DNA of 64,000 nt from Phycisphaeraceae bacterium (GTDB lineage: Bacteria > Planctomycetota > Phycisphaerae > Phycisphaerales > Zrk34), in assembly GCA_040905565.1 (NCBI GenBank), contig JBBDRF010000005.1:131503-195502 (forward strand), in the 5' to 3' direction. The notes beneath the pieces are model-generated. The model was not told where the DNA came from. It did not search any database and saw only the letters and a program-made list of their open reading frames with translations. Below, piece after piece: positions 20,448-31,055 of this stretch (position 1 is the first letter of the stretch; each line of letters opens with the position of its first letter). A program made the translations under genes and the position numbers.

Positions 20448-21833
20448 ATGCGCTCAAACGTTTTTATTCACGTCCAGCGAACTTTCGCCTGCGTCGCGTT
20501 TGTCGTGCTACTTCTTTTGGGCAGCGTGAGCCCCGCTTCGGCTGAGCGTGCGGAACTGGTAAAGGCTGTTGATGTTGAACCGGTTTGGACAGCCCACCGC
20601 GTCGGCTTCGCACTGCTCACCCATGGCGATCAGCAATTCGTTGGCTACTACGACGCCCAACGCCGTATGACCATCGCTCAGCGGGAACTAGGCACTTCCC
20701 AATGGACCTATCAGAAGCTCGACCGCGTGACCGGCTGGGACAGCCACAACTACATCACCATGGCTGTCGATGTCGACGAACAGCTTCACGTCACAGGCGA
20801 CATGCACAATGACCCGCTCTTTTACCTGCGGACCACCAAGCCTTTGGATATCACCACGCTGGAGCAGGTGCCTAACATGGTCGGCCCCGAACGGGAACAT
20901 TGCGTCACCTATCCGCGGTTCATCCAAGGCCCCAGCGGCGAACTAATCTTCCGCTATCGTGACGGCGGCAGCGGACGCGGCGATGATTACTACAACGTCT
21001 ACCATCCTGATATGCAAGTATGGACACGCCTGGTGGACGAGCCGCTGATCACCGGCAAGGGCGTAAAAAGTGCCTACGCTACCTCCCCAACCCTCGGTCC
21101 CGACGGGTATTTCCACATGACCTGGGTCTGGCGCGACACGTCCGATGCCAGCACCAACCACCACCTCTCCTATGCACGTTCACGCGATCTACGAAACTGG
21201 ACTACCGCCGCCGGCGCACCGCTCAAATTACCCATCACCTTCGAATCTTGCGAAGTCGTCGATCCCGTTCCATCCGGCGGGGGCATGATCAACGGCAACA
21301 CCCGACTCGGCTTCGATCATCACGACCGCGTCATTATCTCCTATCACAAGTACGACCAGGACGGCAATACCCAGATCTATAACGCCCGCTTCGAAGATGA
21401 TGCCTGGAAAATCTACCAGACCAGCGATTGGGACTACCGCTGGGAGTTCGGCGGAGGTGGAAGCATCCCTTTCCGCGTCCGCATCGGGAATGTCAGGCCC
21501 GTCGGCAACGGTCACCTCGTCCTCCGTTACAACTATCCCGGAGGCTCGGGTCGCTGGTTGCTGGATGAAAAGACGCTAAGACCGATCCCCGGTCGGACCG
21601 GCCCCCCGCCCACCGCGCCGCTCCCACGTGCGCTCACGCGCGTCACGTCCGACTTCCCCGGCATGAACATCGTCCGTGCCAATGACCTTGGCAGCGTCCC
21701 TGATCCCCGTACACGCTACCTGCTGACATGGGAAGCGCTCGGCCCGAACCGCGACCACCCCCGTGGAGGCGACCTGCCCGCCCCCGTCATGCTCCGACTC
21801 ATCGAACTTCAGGATCCCGCGGGGGCGAGATAG
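20448..21833 (+). CDS. Secreted BNR-repeat (BNR_4-like) beta-propeller protein
   Basis: Signal peptide; WDSHNY, DMH, TYP.F and YARS.D...W motifs. Confidence 0.8.
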   Translation: MRSNVFIHVQRTFACVAFVVLLLLGSVSPASAERAELVKAVDVEPVWTAHRVGFALLTHGDQQFVGYYDAQRRMTIAQRELGTSQWTYQKLDRVTGWDSHNYITMAVDVDEQLHVTGDMHNDPLFYLRTTKPLDITTLEQVPNMVGPEREHCVTYPRFIQGPSGELIFRYRDGGSGRGDDYYNVYHPDMQVWTRLVDEPLITGKGVKSAYATSPTLGPDGYFHMTWVWRDTSDASTNHHLSYARSRDLRNWTTAAGAPLKLPITFESCEVVDPVPSGGGMINGNTRLGFDHHDRVIISYHKYDQDGNTQIYNARFEDDAWKIYQTSDWDYRWEFGGGGSIPFRVRIGNVRPVGNGHLVLRYNYPGGSGRWLLDEKTLRPIPGRTGPPPTAPLPRALTRVTSDFPGMNIVRANDLGSVPDPRTRYLLTWEALGPNRDHPRGGDLPAPVMLRLIELQDPAGAR

Positions 21834-21903
21834 GGTTCATCAACCAGAATCGGATGAGCCTGAACATTTGCTTGCGTATGCCGCCCTGAGGATGTCGGCC
21901 GCT

Positions 21904-23523
21904 TCACCGCACGTAGGCTCGCCTGGCCCATTCGTTCCATAGCAACTCCAACCACTCGACTTTGTCGGTATGCGTTTCCGACAGATCGTTGGTCTCTGTG
22001 CGGTCGACTGACATGTCGTACAGGTTCCAACGTTCGCCCCTTTCCTGAACCAGTTTCCAGTCACCCAATCGCACGGCACGATTGCCTTCATGCTCGAAGT
22101 AGATAGGCCGTTGGTCCAGCGAGTTCCCCGCGAAGACGGGTACAAGGCTCCGGCCCTCCATCGGCAGAATCTCGTGACCCTGATAGGTTGTTGGATATTC
22201 CGCGTTCGCGAGGTCGACCGCTGTGGCCATGAAATCGATCACATGCCCCGGCTCGTGCCGCAGCCCGCCGGCCTCAGTGATTCCATCGGGCCAGTGGGCG
22301 ATCAACGGCGCGGCCACGCCGCCTTCGTGATTCCACTTCTTGAAAAGCCGCAGCGGAGTGTTCGAGGCGTTGGCCCATTGGGGACCAAACGAAGCGTACG
22401 TGTCCGGGGGGCCGGGCATGATGTCGGGCGTCGTGCCGCCACGCTCGAAGCGGCCGTGGCGGGTATTCACGCCCTGGATCACCTCGCTCGAAGCGCCGTT
22501 ATCCGAGACAAACAGGATGATGGTGTTGTCGAACTGGCCGGTTTCTTTTAAGGCATCAATCATGTCGCCGAGGCCCTGATCCATACGGTCGACCATCGCT
22601 GCGTGAACTGCCATGCGGCGGGCTTCCCACTCTTTGTTTTCCGCATCCTCCCACGCGGGCACACTGGGGTGACGCTCCGACAGCGGCACGATGTCGTCAA
22701 CGATCCCCATTTCGAGCATGCGTTCGTAACGATCCTGGCGGATCTGGTCCCAGCCCACATCGTAAACGCCTTCGTACTTTGCGATATCCTCCTCGAAGGC
22801 ATGCAGCGGCCAGTGGGGGGCGTAGTGGGCGACGTAGAGGAAAAAGGGTTTATCACGCTCAGCTTCTCGAATGAAATGCGCTGCGTGATCGTTGATTTCG
22901 TCGGTGAGGTAGAACTGCTCACGATCCTTTAGCCTCGGCTCGGAGTCAACGAACTGGTCGTCCTTCGCGAGGCTGACCATGTCGTAATAGCCCCCTCCCC
23001 CGGATATGAATCCGTAGAATCGATCGAAGCCGCGCTCCAGCGGCCAGCTCGATGCGTGCAGAACGTCGTTTGGGCGGTTGTAGTTGTAGTGCGTCACATG
23101 CCACTTGCCACTGAGGAAGGTCTGGTAGCCTGCCTCGCCCAGCACCTCGGCGACGGTGACGACACGGTCGACCAGTCGGCCGCGATAGCCGGGCTCGTCC
23201 CGGTCGCCGACCATATGACCGATCCCCGCCTGATGCGGATAGACGCCGGTCAGCAGTGAGCCGCGTGTCGGCACGCAACGACCGGTATTGTAGAAGTGGG
23301 TGAACCGCAGCCCTCCCTCGGCCAGTGCGTCGAGATTGGGCGTTTGGATCTCTCCGCCGTAGCTGCCGAGATCGGAATAACCCATGTCGTCGGCCATGAT
23401 GATCACGATATTCGGCCGCTCGCCAGCAGATTCCGCAGCCACGGAACTGGCCAAGCCTACCGCGATCAGGAAGCTGAATGCGAAGGTGCAAACCGAGCTA
23501 CAAGGTGATGGAAGACCGCTCAT
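21904..23523 (-). CDS. Arylsulfatase (family S1)
   Basis: PNIVIIMADD, CVPTR, GKWH, PHWP, SDNG. Confidence 0.93.
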   Translation of the reverse strand: MSGLPSPCSSVCTFAFSFLIAVGLASSVAAESAGERPNIVIIMADDMGYSDLGSYGGEIQTPNLDALAEGGLRFTHFYNTGRCVPTRGSLLTGVYPHQAGIGHMVGDRDEPGYRGRLVDRVVTVAEVLGEAGYQTFLSGKWHVTHYNYNRPNDVLHASSWPLERGFDRFYGFISGGGGYYDMVSLAKDDQFVDSEPRLKDREQFYLTDEINDHAAHFIREAERDKPFFLYVAHYAPHWPLHAFEEDIAKYEGVYDVGWDQIRQDRYERMLEMGIVDDIVPLSERHPSVPAWEDAENKEWEARRMAVHAAMVDRMDQGLGDMIDALKETGQFDNTIILFVSDNGASSEVIQGVNTRHGRFERGGTTPDIMPGPPDTYASFGPQWANASNTPLRLFKKWNHEGGVAAPLIAHWPDGITEAGGLRHEPGHVIDFMATAVDLANAEYPTTYQGHEILPMEGRSLVPVFAGNSLDQRPIYFEHEGNRAVRLGDWKLVQERGERWNLYDMSVDRTETNDLSETHTDKVEWLELLWNEWARRAYVR

Positions 23524-23976
23524 TGCTGATTTCCTGTCAATCGAAATTTCGCGACTTGCCGACGCCCCAGTGTCGCAACCCGCTGCTTTTTGGCGGGTGA
23601 CCGCCGCCACGATCACCAGTATGACGGCAATGCGTCGCCGACCCAAGGCCGTACGCCGGTGGCAGGAACCCATTGGCTCATCCCCTGGCGAAGCGCAGGT
23701 GGCTTGCGGCGAAGCGCAGTGCTGGCTCGAGGGCGTGCTCACGAAGGCGGCTCGTTTGTGATGAGCCTCCTTTACTCGGTGTTCATCTGTGCCTATCCGC
23801 GTGAATGCTGGGGGTGCGGCAGCCTGATCTCTGGCGGGGCGTCTGGAACAACCTTAGACGCACCTTGCCGCGGCCATTTTAACGTTGTATCGTTCATAGA
23901 TTATCTCGACATGGTGGACGGGCGGGACGTTCCGGTGGAGAACGCTGTCTCAAGACTGGGTTAGTGTGCTCCGCCG

Positions 23977-26442
23977 ATGCGCCGGCTACCGGAAAGATCG
24001 GAGGGTTTCGTGTCAGTCCAGGTAAGGCGAACACACCGTCGCGTTTTTCTACGCCGGTTTTTGGCTGCGATTGTGCTTCTGGGCCTCGCGATGTCCACCT
24101 CGCCTGCGGGCGCTGAGGAGGTCTCGTTCAATCGCGACATTCGACCAATCCTCTCTAACAACTGTTTTGCCTGTCACGGCCCCGACGCGGATAGCCTGGC
24201 GGCGGAGCTTCGACTCGATCGCTGGGAGTTCGCCACGGCCGCTCTAGATAGTGATGGTCGTGCTGCGATCGTGCCGGGCCATCCGGACCGCAGTGAGATG
24301 TTTGCCCGAATCACGGCGGAGGATCCGCGAGACCTTATGCCGCCGGACGATCCGGAGAAGCGTCTGACCGAGGAACAGGTGGCTTTGATTCGCGCCTGGA
24401 TCGAACAGGGCGCTTCGTACGAAGCGCATTGGGCGTTTGTGCCGCCTGAGCAGCCGGATGTGCCGCGTGTTCACGATGAGAGTTGGCCGAGCAACTGGAT
24501 TGATCGGTTCGTACTGGCCAGGTTGGAGGCGGAGAACGTTAAGCCCTCGCCCCAGGCGGATCGTGCGACGCTCATTCGCCGACTGAGTTTTGATCTACGC
24601 GGGCTGCCTCCGACGCTTCAGGAAGTGGAGGCGTTTGTGGCGGACGCTCGGCCGGATGCGTATGAGCGACTGGTCGAAACGTACCTGGCGTCACCCCACT
24701 ACGGCGAGCGGATGGCGGTGTACTGGCTCGACCTGGTGCGTTACGCCGACACGGTGGGTTATCACGGCGATCAGGACCATCATGCCGGTCCGTACCGCGA
24801 TTGGGTGATCGACGCGATCAACGACAACATGCCCTTCGATCAGTTCACGATCGAGCAGCTTGCTGGTGACCTTCTGGAGAATCCTTCGACGGACCAGAAG
24901 ATCGCCTCGGCCTACAACCGGCTGCTCCAGACAAGCCACGAGGGCGGCATTCAGGATGCGGAATATCACGCGAAGCAGGATTCGGATCGGGTGCGTAACG
25001 CATCGTCGGTTTGGATGGGGGTCACCCTTGGCTGTGCCGAGTGCCACGATCATAAGTTCGATCCGTTTACTGCGGAGGATTTCTATGCTTTTGCTGCGTT
25101 CTTCGCAGACATCCAGGAGCGTGGCGACTGGAGCAAACTCGGCGGCAACCTCAATACCGTGCCAACACGCCGACCGCCTGAGATCGATGTCCTCACCGGC
25201 AGGCAGCGTGCGCAACTAACGGCGGTCAAGGCCCAGCTCACCGAACTGAACGAGCAACTCCAGCAGATCGACGAGCACGATGCCCGGCGGGAGAATCTGC
25301 GCACGCGCCAGTCGCAGCTGCGCCAGCAGCGTGATCAGATCGCCGACGACAAACGCCGGGTGATGATCACCGTTGCCCGTGATGAGCCCAGACAGTTGCG
25401 GGTGCTGCCACGCGGCGATTGGCTTGACGATTCAGGCCCGGTCGTCCAGCCGGCCATTCCCGCGGTGTTCGGGAAACTCGACGTGCCGGGACGGGCCACA
25501 CGTCTGGATCTGGCACGTTGGTTGGTCGATGACCAGAACCCCCTCACTGCCCGCGTCTACGTCAATCGTCTGTGGTATCTGTTCTTCGGCACGGGCCTGT
25601 CCAGTGCCCTGGATGATCTGGGATACCAGGGCGAGTGGCCGGCTCACCCTGAGTTGCTCGACGCACTAGCCGTGGCGTTTGTGCAGAGCGGTTGGGATGC
25701 CAAGCACATGACCCGCCTGCTGGTCACCAGCCAAGCCTATCGGCAATCGTCACGCATACCTAGTGAACTGCGTGAGCGCGACCCGGAGAATCGGCTCATC
25801 GCACGCCAGTCGCGATGGCGCCTGCCTGCCGAGTTCATTCGTGACAACGCGCTGTCGGTATCCGGCCTTCTCGTCGACAGCATCGGCGGCCCCAGCGTGC
25901 GCCCCTATCAACCCGAAGGATATTACGGGCAACTGAACTTCCCAACGCGCCAATACACCGCGTCGACCGGACCCGCTCAATATCGGCGAGGCGTTTACGT
26001 GCATTGGCAGCGCACGTATCTGCATCCGGCGATGATGGCCTTCGACGCTTCCTCCCGGGAGGAGTGCGTGGCGCAGCGGCCGATCTCCAACACGCCGCTG
26101 GCGGCGCTGACGCTGCTGAACGATCCCACCTTTGTCGAAGCCGCGCGTGTCTTCGCGCAGCGCCTGCTTACCGAGCACGCCGATCTTGATGATGATCAAA
26201 GGCTGACGCTTGCGTTCGTTCGTGTGACCGCTCGCCAGCCCACCGACCGCGAGCTTGATCTGCTGCGTGAGCTTCTCCACGCTCAGCGGCAGGACGATAC
26301 GCCGGACCCCGAGGCAGCGCAGCAATTGGCAGCGGTCGGCCAGATGCCCGTGCCTGACGATCTGGATCTGGCTGAACTAGCTGCGTGGACAGCAATCACA
26401 CGCGCCCTGCTGAACCTGGACGAATCCATCACACGGCATTGA
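23977..26442 (+). CDS. Planctomycete cytochrome c + DUF1549/DUF1553 protein; start uncertain
   Basis: FNRDIRPILS.CFACHGPD, CAECHDHKFDP, NPLTARV.VNR.W. Confidence 0.92.
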   Translation: MRRLPERSEGFVSVQVRRTHRRVFLRRFLAAIVLLGLAMSTSPAGAEEVSFNRDIRPILSNNCFACHGPDADSLAAELRLDRWEFATAALDSDGRAAIVPGHPDRSEMFARITAEDPRDLMPPDDPEKRLTEEQVALIRAWIEQGASYEAHWAFVPPEQPDVPRVHDESWPSNWIDRFVLARLEAENVKPSPQADRATLIRRLSFDLRGLPPTLQEVEAFVADARPDAYERLVETYLASPHYGERMAVYWLDLVRYADTVGYHGDQDHHAGPYRDWVIDAINDNMPFDQFTIEQLAGDLLENPSTDQKIASAYNRLLQTSHEGGIQDAEYHAKQDSDRVRNASSVWMGVTLGCAECHDHKFDPFTAEDFYAFAAFFADIQERGDWSKLGGNLNTVPTRRPPEIDVLTGRQRAQLTAVKAQLTELNEQLQQIDEHDARRENLRTRQSQLRQQRDQIADDKRRVMITVARDEPRQLRVLPRGDWLDDSGPVVQPAIPAVFGKLDVPGRATRLDLARWLVDDQNPLTARVYVNRLWYLFFGTGLSSALDDLGYQGEWPAHPELLDALAVAFVQSGWDAKHMTRLLVTSQAYRQSSRIPSELRERDPENRLIARQSRWRLPAEFIRDNALSVSGLLVDSIGGPSVRPYQPEGYYGQLNFPTRQYTASTGPAQYRRGVYVHWQRTYLHPAMMAFDASSREECVAQRPISNTPLAALTLLNDPTFVEAARVFAQRLLTEHADLDDDQRLTLAFVRVTARQPTDRELDLLRELLHAQRQDDTPDPEAAQQLAAVGQMPVPDDLDLAELAAWTAITRALLNLDESITRH

Positions 26443-26467
26443 CCGGATCGACACGAAAGGCATCACG

Positions 26468-27916
26468 ATGCACCCGATGGACGAACATCAGCTTCAGCAA
26501 ACGCGGCGCACCTTTCTCCGAAGCGGCGCCGGGGTGGGCTCGATCGCACTGGCCACGCTGCTGAACCCGTCGCTGTTACGCGCCGGCTCAGCTGACAGCG
26601 GCGAGAGCGCGTGGGGCGGCGTGGCGAACCCGCCGCACCTCCTGCCCAAAGCCAAACGCGTCATCTTCCTTTACATGTCCGGCGGGCCCTCGCACCTGGA
26701 GACCTTCGACTACAAGCCCATGCTGCAAAAGTATTCGGGCAAGCCGATGCCCGAGTCGTACACCAAAGGTGAGCCGATTGCCCAGCTTCAGGGTCAGGAC
26801 CTGCGCTGTCTCGGGCCCATGGCAAAGTTCAAGCGCTACGGCCAGAGCGGCCAGATGATTTCAGACTTTCTGCCGCACCATCACAGGATCGCCGACGACA
26901 TCGCGATCATCCGCTCAATGCACACCGAACAGATCAACCATGACCCCGCCCATACAGTGATGAATACCGGCGTGGCGATCTCCGGTCGCCCCAGTTGGGG
27001 ATCGTGGGTGCTCTACGGCCTTGGAAGCGAGTCGCAGAACCTGCCTGGTTTCGTCGTCTTGTCCTCACATTCCGGACGCAGCCCACAGCCGATCTCAACA
27101 CGGATGTGGCACTCGGGTTTCCTGCCAGGCCGCTTTCAAGGCGTGAAGTTTCAATCCCATGGCGACCCGATTCACTACGTCAGCAACCCTCCGGGCGTGA
27201 CGCAACAAGGCCAGCGCAGGCTGCTTGACACCGTGGGCGCCTTGAACCGCGCGCGTGATGAGCAAGTCGACAGCCAGGCTTTGCGGACCCGGATCAGCCA
27301 GTACGAACTCGCCTTTCGCATGCAGTCCAGCGTCCCCGACCTGATGGATCTTTCCGACGAGCCGTCCCATGTATTCGACATGTACGGCTGCCAGCCAGGC
27401 GACGGCACCTTCGCCAGCAACTGCCTTCTGGCACGACGACTCTCCGAACGTGGCGTCCGCTTCGTGCAGCTATACCACCGAGGCTGGGACCACCACAACA
27501 ACATCAAAGGCTATATGGACGTCAGCGCCCGCTCGACCGATCAACCCGCTGCGGCACTGGTGGCCGATCTCAAACAACGGGGCCTGCTCGACGAAACGCT
27601 TGTCATCTGGGGCGGCGAGTTCGGCCGTACGCCCATGGCGCAGGGTGCGATCAACGACCGCGTCGGGCGTGATCATCACATCCGAGGCTTCTCAATGTGG
27701 ATGGCCGGCGGCGGCATCAGAGGCGGCGTCACCCACGGCAGCACCGACGAAATGGGCTACGACGCCATCGAAAAACCCACACACGTTCACGATCTGCACG
27801 CGACCGCGATGCATCTGATGGGGATCAATCACAAACGGCTGACATACCGCTACCAAGGCCGCGACTTTCGCCTCACTGACGTCTTCGGCAAGGTCGCTCA
27901 CGAGATTATCGCCTGA
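26468..27916 (+). CDS. DUF1501 protein, Tat-exported
   Basis: TRRTFL, GGPSHLETFDYKP, WDHH, GEFGRTP. Confidence 0.92.
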   Translation: MHPMDEHQLQQTRRTFLRSGAGVGSIALATLLNPSLLRAGSADSGESAWGGVANPPHLLPKAKRVIFLYMSGGPSHLETFDYKPMLQKYSGKPMPESYTKGEPIAQLQGQDLRCLGPMAKFKRYGQSGQMISDFLPHHHRIADDIAIIRSMHTEQINHDPAHTVMNTGVAISGRPSWGSWVLYGLGSESQNLPGFVVLSSHSGRSPQPISTRMWHSGFLPGRFQGVKFQSHGDPIHYVSNPPGVTQQGQRRLLDTVGALNRARDEQVDSQALRTRISQYELAFRMQSSVPDLMDLSDEPSHVFDMYGCQPGDGTFASNCLLARRLSERGVRFVQLYHRGWDHHNNIKGYMDVSARSTDQPAAALVADLKQRGLLDETLVIWGGEFGRTPMAQGAINDRVGRDHHIRGFSMWMAGGGIRGGVTHGSTDEMGYDAIEKPTHVHDLHATAMHLMGINHKRLTYRYQGRDFRLTDVFGKVAHEIIA

Positions 27917-28073
27917 ACGCTCAGCAGCAGTGAAAGCCTCACTTGTCCAGACTTTCGCAACCTTGCCCTGCAGCGAAGGCGATGAACGACGAACTGCAGA
28001 CCCGACGATGTCTGGCATCACGAAGTCACGCTCGGCGAGCGTTGGCCACTTTTCCGGTGCCTGCTGATAAACC

Positions 28074-28108
28074 AAAAAAACGGGCAGGAACATCTTGGTT
28101 CCTGCCCG
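28074..28108 (-). terminator. Rho-independent terminator
   Basis: 11-bp stem CGGGCAGGAAC/GTTCCTGCCCG followed by a T7 run on the minus strand. Confidence 0.75.
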
Positions 28109-28308
28109 CGAATTTCGGGGCTTCGTCATCGCCATGACAGCGAGGGCCGATCAGGCGGCGATGACCACATTGCCCCGGAAGAGCTCAAATAGGATGTGTC
28201 GACGACACCATCATCGGCCCACCGAAACCGCCCACTACACCTAAAGCGTGCCACCACCATGACACCCCTTCGTTAGCGGGCGGTCGCAGTTCGCCGTTGG
28301 GGCATCGC

Positions 28309-28680
28309 TCATCCACCGCCGCCACCAGAACCACCGGTCCCTTTTCCGCCACGTCGACGACGCCGACGCCTCCGTCGGCGAGGCTGATCCTGATCCTCGC
28401 TACCCGTTTCACCCTCAGCCTTCGAAGCTTCAGGCTTCGGCTTGGTCGCCGGCTTGAGGTCGCCGGCTTGGCCTCAGGCTCGGCAACGTCGACCGCCTGC
28501 TTGCCTTCGCGCGATTCGATCTCTTCCTCGCGCAACGGCTTGCCGGGCTTCGGCCTTCGCGGCTCGCTCCGCACGGCCTCGCCACCTTTCTTCCCAGAGT
28601 CACCCGCCTCGCTGTTGCCCGATCCCCCGTTGCTTGTCGCCTTGCCGCGCCCCCTGTTGAACACAGCCGGCGGAGGCATC
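28309..28680 (-). pseudogene. Frameshifted low-complexity Arg/Gly-rich C-terminal gene fragment
   Basis: Reads ...EPEAKPAT/KPKPEASK...PRRRRRRRRRRGGKG...GGG-stop when the frame is restored at the 28444-28470 repeat. Confidence 0.4.
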
Positions 28681-28682
28681 GT

Positions 28683-28863
28683 GAGGACCGCGGTGGATTT
28701 CGCCAGCAGTACGCGCGCGCGTGCCAGCAACGGGCCGAGCACTACGCCGAGGAGATCATCGAGATTGCCGACGAACAGCCGGCGGGTTCGCGTTGACGCC
28801 CGCAAGTGGATCGCGTCGAAGCTGCTGCCGCGGAAGTACGGCGATCGCGTCACGGCAGCGTGA
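28683..28863 (+). pseudogene. Phage terminase small subunit relic (Sf6 gp1-like), frameshifted
   Basis: FRQQYARACQQRAEHYAEEIIEIADE, then RVDARKWIASKLLPRKYGDRV in another frame. Confidence 0.7.
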
Positions 28864-29144
28864 ACCTGAGAGGGCTGCACGAGGCGGGGCTGGCACATCT
28901 CGTGAAGGCGACGCGGCTCGATGCTCAAGGAAGGCTCAATGTCGAGTTCTACGACGCACAGGCAGCATTGGTGCAGATCGCGAAGGCACGGGGGCTCATG
29001 GTTAACAAGCACGAGGTCAAGGACACAACACCCGAGAGCGCCGATGTGGTGGCAGCGCGGGTGTTAGCGGGCCTACCCGGTGCGCGGTCCAAGGCGCACA
29101 GCGATGCGGAGAACGGCGAGCTAGGGCGTGGCAATGATGGATAA
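28860..29144 (+). pseudogene. Probable second phage protein fragment resembling a terminase small subunit C-terminus
   Basis: VEFYDAQAALVQIAKARGLMVNKHEV. Confidence 0.4.
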
Positions 29145-29403
29145 GCGGCAGCGGGTCGTCGGGGGAGTTCCGCGTCGATCTGAACACGACACTTCGTTGA
29201 GATGATGCTGAGATCTCGCTGGGACTGAAGGTCGCGGTTGCTTGCAAATGCTTACATTGAGGGCTGGCTACGACGCCCTCCGGTCGCTGAGATCGCTCGT
29301 TAAGGCATGCTGGACCGCCCCGCCAGCCCAAACCAATTTTTGTGGCGTTGGCCCCTGAAGGTTGCGCCGCCGTTGCGCCGGCGCCGGATGCTTTTCATAA
29401 TCC

Positions 29404-29447
29404 AAAGCGGGCGAAGGGATTCGAACCCTCGACATTCAGCTTGGGAA
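29404..29447 (-). repeat. tRNA-Gly(CCC) 3' half (att-like), copy 2, beginning at the anticodon loop
   Basis: Minus strand TTCCCAA-GCTGA-ATGTC-GAGGGTTCGAATCCCTTC-GCCCGCT; no matching 5' half. Confidence 0.85.
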
Positions 29448-29593
29448 CCGAGCCGGGCTCAGTTCTATCATCGTATGTCCAAGAAACTTGCGCCACCGTG
29501 GTTCTCGGCTGGCTCGAAACCTCGCAGGTTCAAGAAATGCGGAAGGTGGGGTCCTCAGCTTATCGTCGGGGAACACCGCGCGGATTCCAATAT

Positions 29594-31055
29594 TCACCGA
29601 TCGCTGACGAGCGCCCATGTCAGATCGAATCGGGCCAGATACTTGCGCAGGCGATCGGCGTCGTTTGTGCTCTTACGCTGGGCACGGGAGACGGCGAACA
29701 GACGGCGGCCGGCGTCGGAGAGCGAGCGCGACTGGCGGTACACGGCCAGCGCGTGGGCGAGTTGTGGGCGATCAAATGGATCAAGCTCATCCACTTGTTC
29801 CGGCGTGAGAAAATCGGTGAGCATCGCTTCGTGCTCGGCGACCGGGGCGCTGCCGGCCCATGCCGTTTCGAGCCGCTGGATCTCCTGATCCACGAGATCG
29901 ACGGTGATACGGCCACTCGGCGCCGGCGTGCCCATGCGGGTGATTGCAGCAGTGAGGTCGCGAAAATTGCCTGCCCAGCGTGCCTCAGGTGATACGGCAA
30001 ATGCGAGAAACCGCCGCCGAGCCTCCTTGTTGAATGCGACCTGTCGCCCGACACGCTGGGCAAAGCGTTCAAGTTCATAATCAAGATTCGGCGCTATGTC
30101 GTCGCTCCGCTCAGCCAGGCCGGGCAGGCGGAACGGCCAGAGGTGGATGCGGGCAAGCAGATCCTCCCGGAACAAACTTTCGCGAACACGTTCCTGCAGG
30201 TTCCGGTTGGTCCCGCAGAGCAACTGGAAGTCGCTTTGCACCTCACGATCACTGCCCACGGGCAAAAAACGCTTCTCCTCGATGGCATGCAGCAGCATCG
30301 CTTGCTCATCCGACCCCAGATCGCCGATCTCATCCAGAAAGAGCATGCCTTGGTCGGCCTCGCGAAGCAGCCCGGGGCGATCTTTTACGGCCCCGGTGAA
30401 CGCGCCGCGCCTGTGGCCGAAGAGCGTGGACATAGCGCTGTCGCCGCGCAGGGTGGCGCAGTTGATTTCGACGAATCGGCCCACCACCTGTCGGCGATGC
30501 TTCTTGAGTTCGTAGATCCGCCGGGCCATGGCCGACTTGCCCGCACCCGTGGGACCGGCTAGCAGGATCGGGTCGGTGGTGTGGATCGCGACGTGTTCAA
30601 GTTGCTCGATGAGCGTGTTGAATGCGGTATTGCGCGTGGCGATGCCGGCCTTGAGGAATGACAGACTCTCCTGCTGCTCACGGGCGAAGCGTGTGGCCAG
30701 GCGGTCGTACTTGGAGAGGTCCAGATCGATGATGCGATAGCTGCCCTCGATCTGCTGCGCCTTCCGGCCGCGACGGGGTGGGGGCGCAGCCTGCAGCAGC
30801 TTGCCCGGCAGATAGCGAGCCTCGGTCAACAGGAACAGGCAAATCTGCACGACGTGCGTGCCGGTGGTGATGTGAACCAGATAGTCCTCATGCTCGGGAT
30901 CGAAGCGGTAGCTGCGGACGAAGTCGTGCAGGCCGGCGTACACATCTTCGAATGCCCACGGATCGCGGAAGTCGAGCGTGTGAAGGTTCACCCGGGTTTC
31001 GGGCGAGACAGTGGCGATATCCTTCCGCACCACCTGAGCCAGCTTGTTGCATCGA
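29594..31055 (-). pseudogene. rtcR: RtcR sigma-54 activator, N-terminally truncated
   Basis: DIATVSPET, DPW.FEDVY, HITTGTHV, GPTGAGKS, GAFTGA, NDADRLRKYL; roughly the first 50 residues missing. Confidence 0.85.

Noticed and set aside
23680..23725. Short direct repeat GGCGAAGCGCAG, two copies
   Set aside because: Only two copies; no array or recognisable element
29404..29480. Intact tRNA-Gly gene
   Set aside because: No complementary 5' acceptor or anticodon-stem strand; only the 3' half is present
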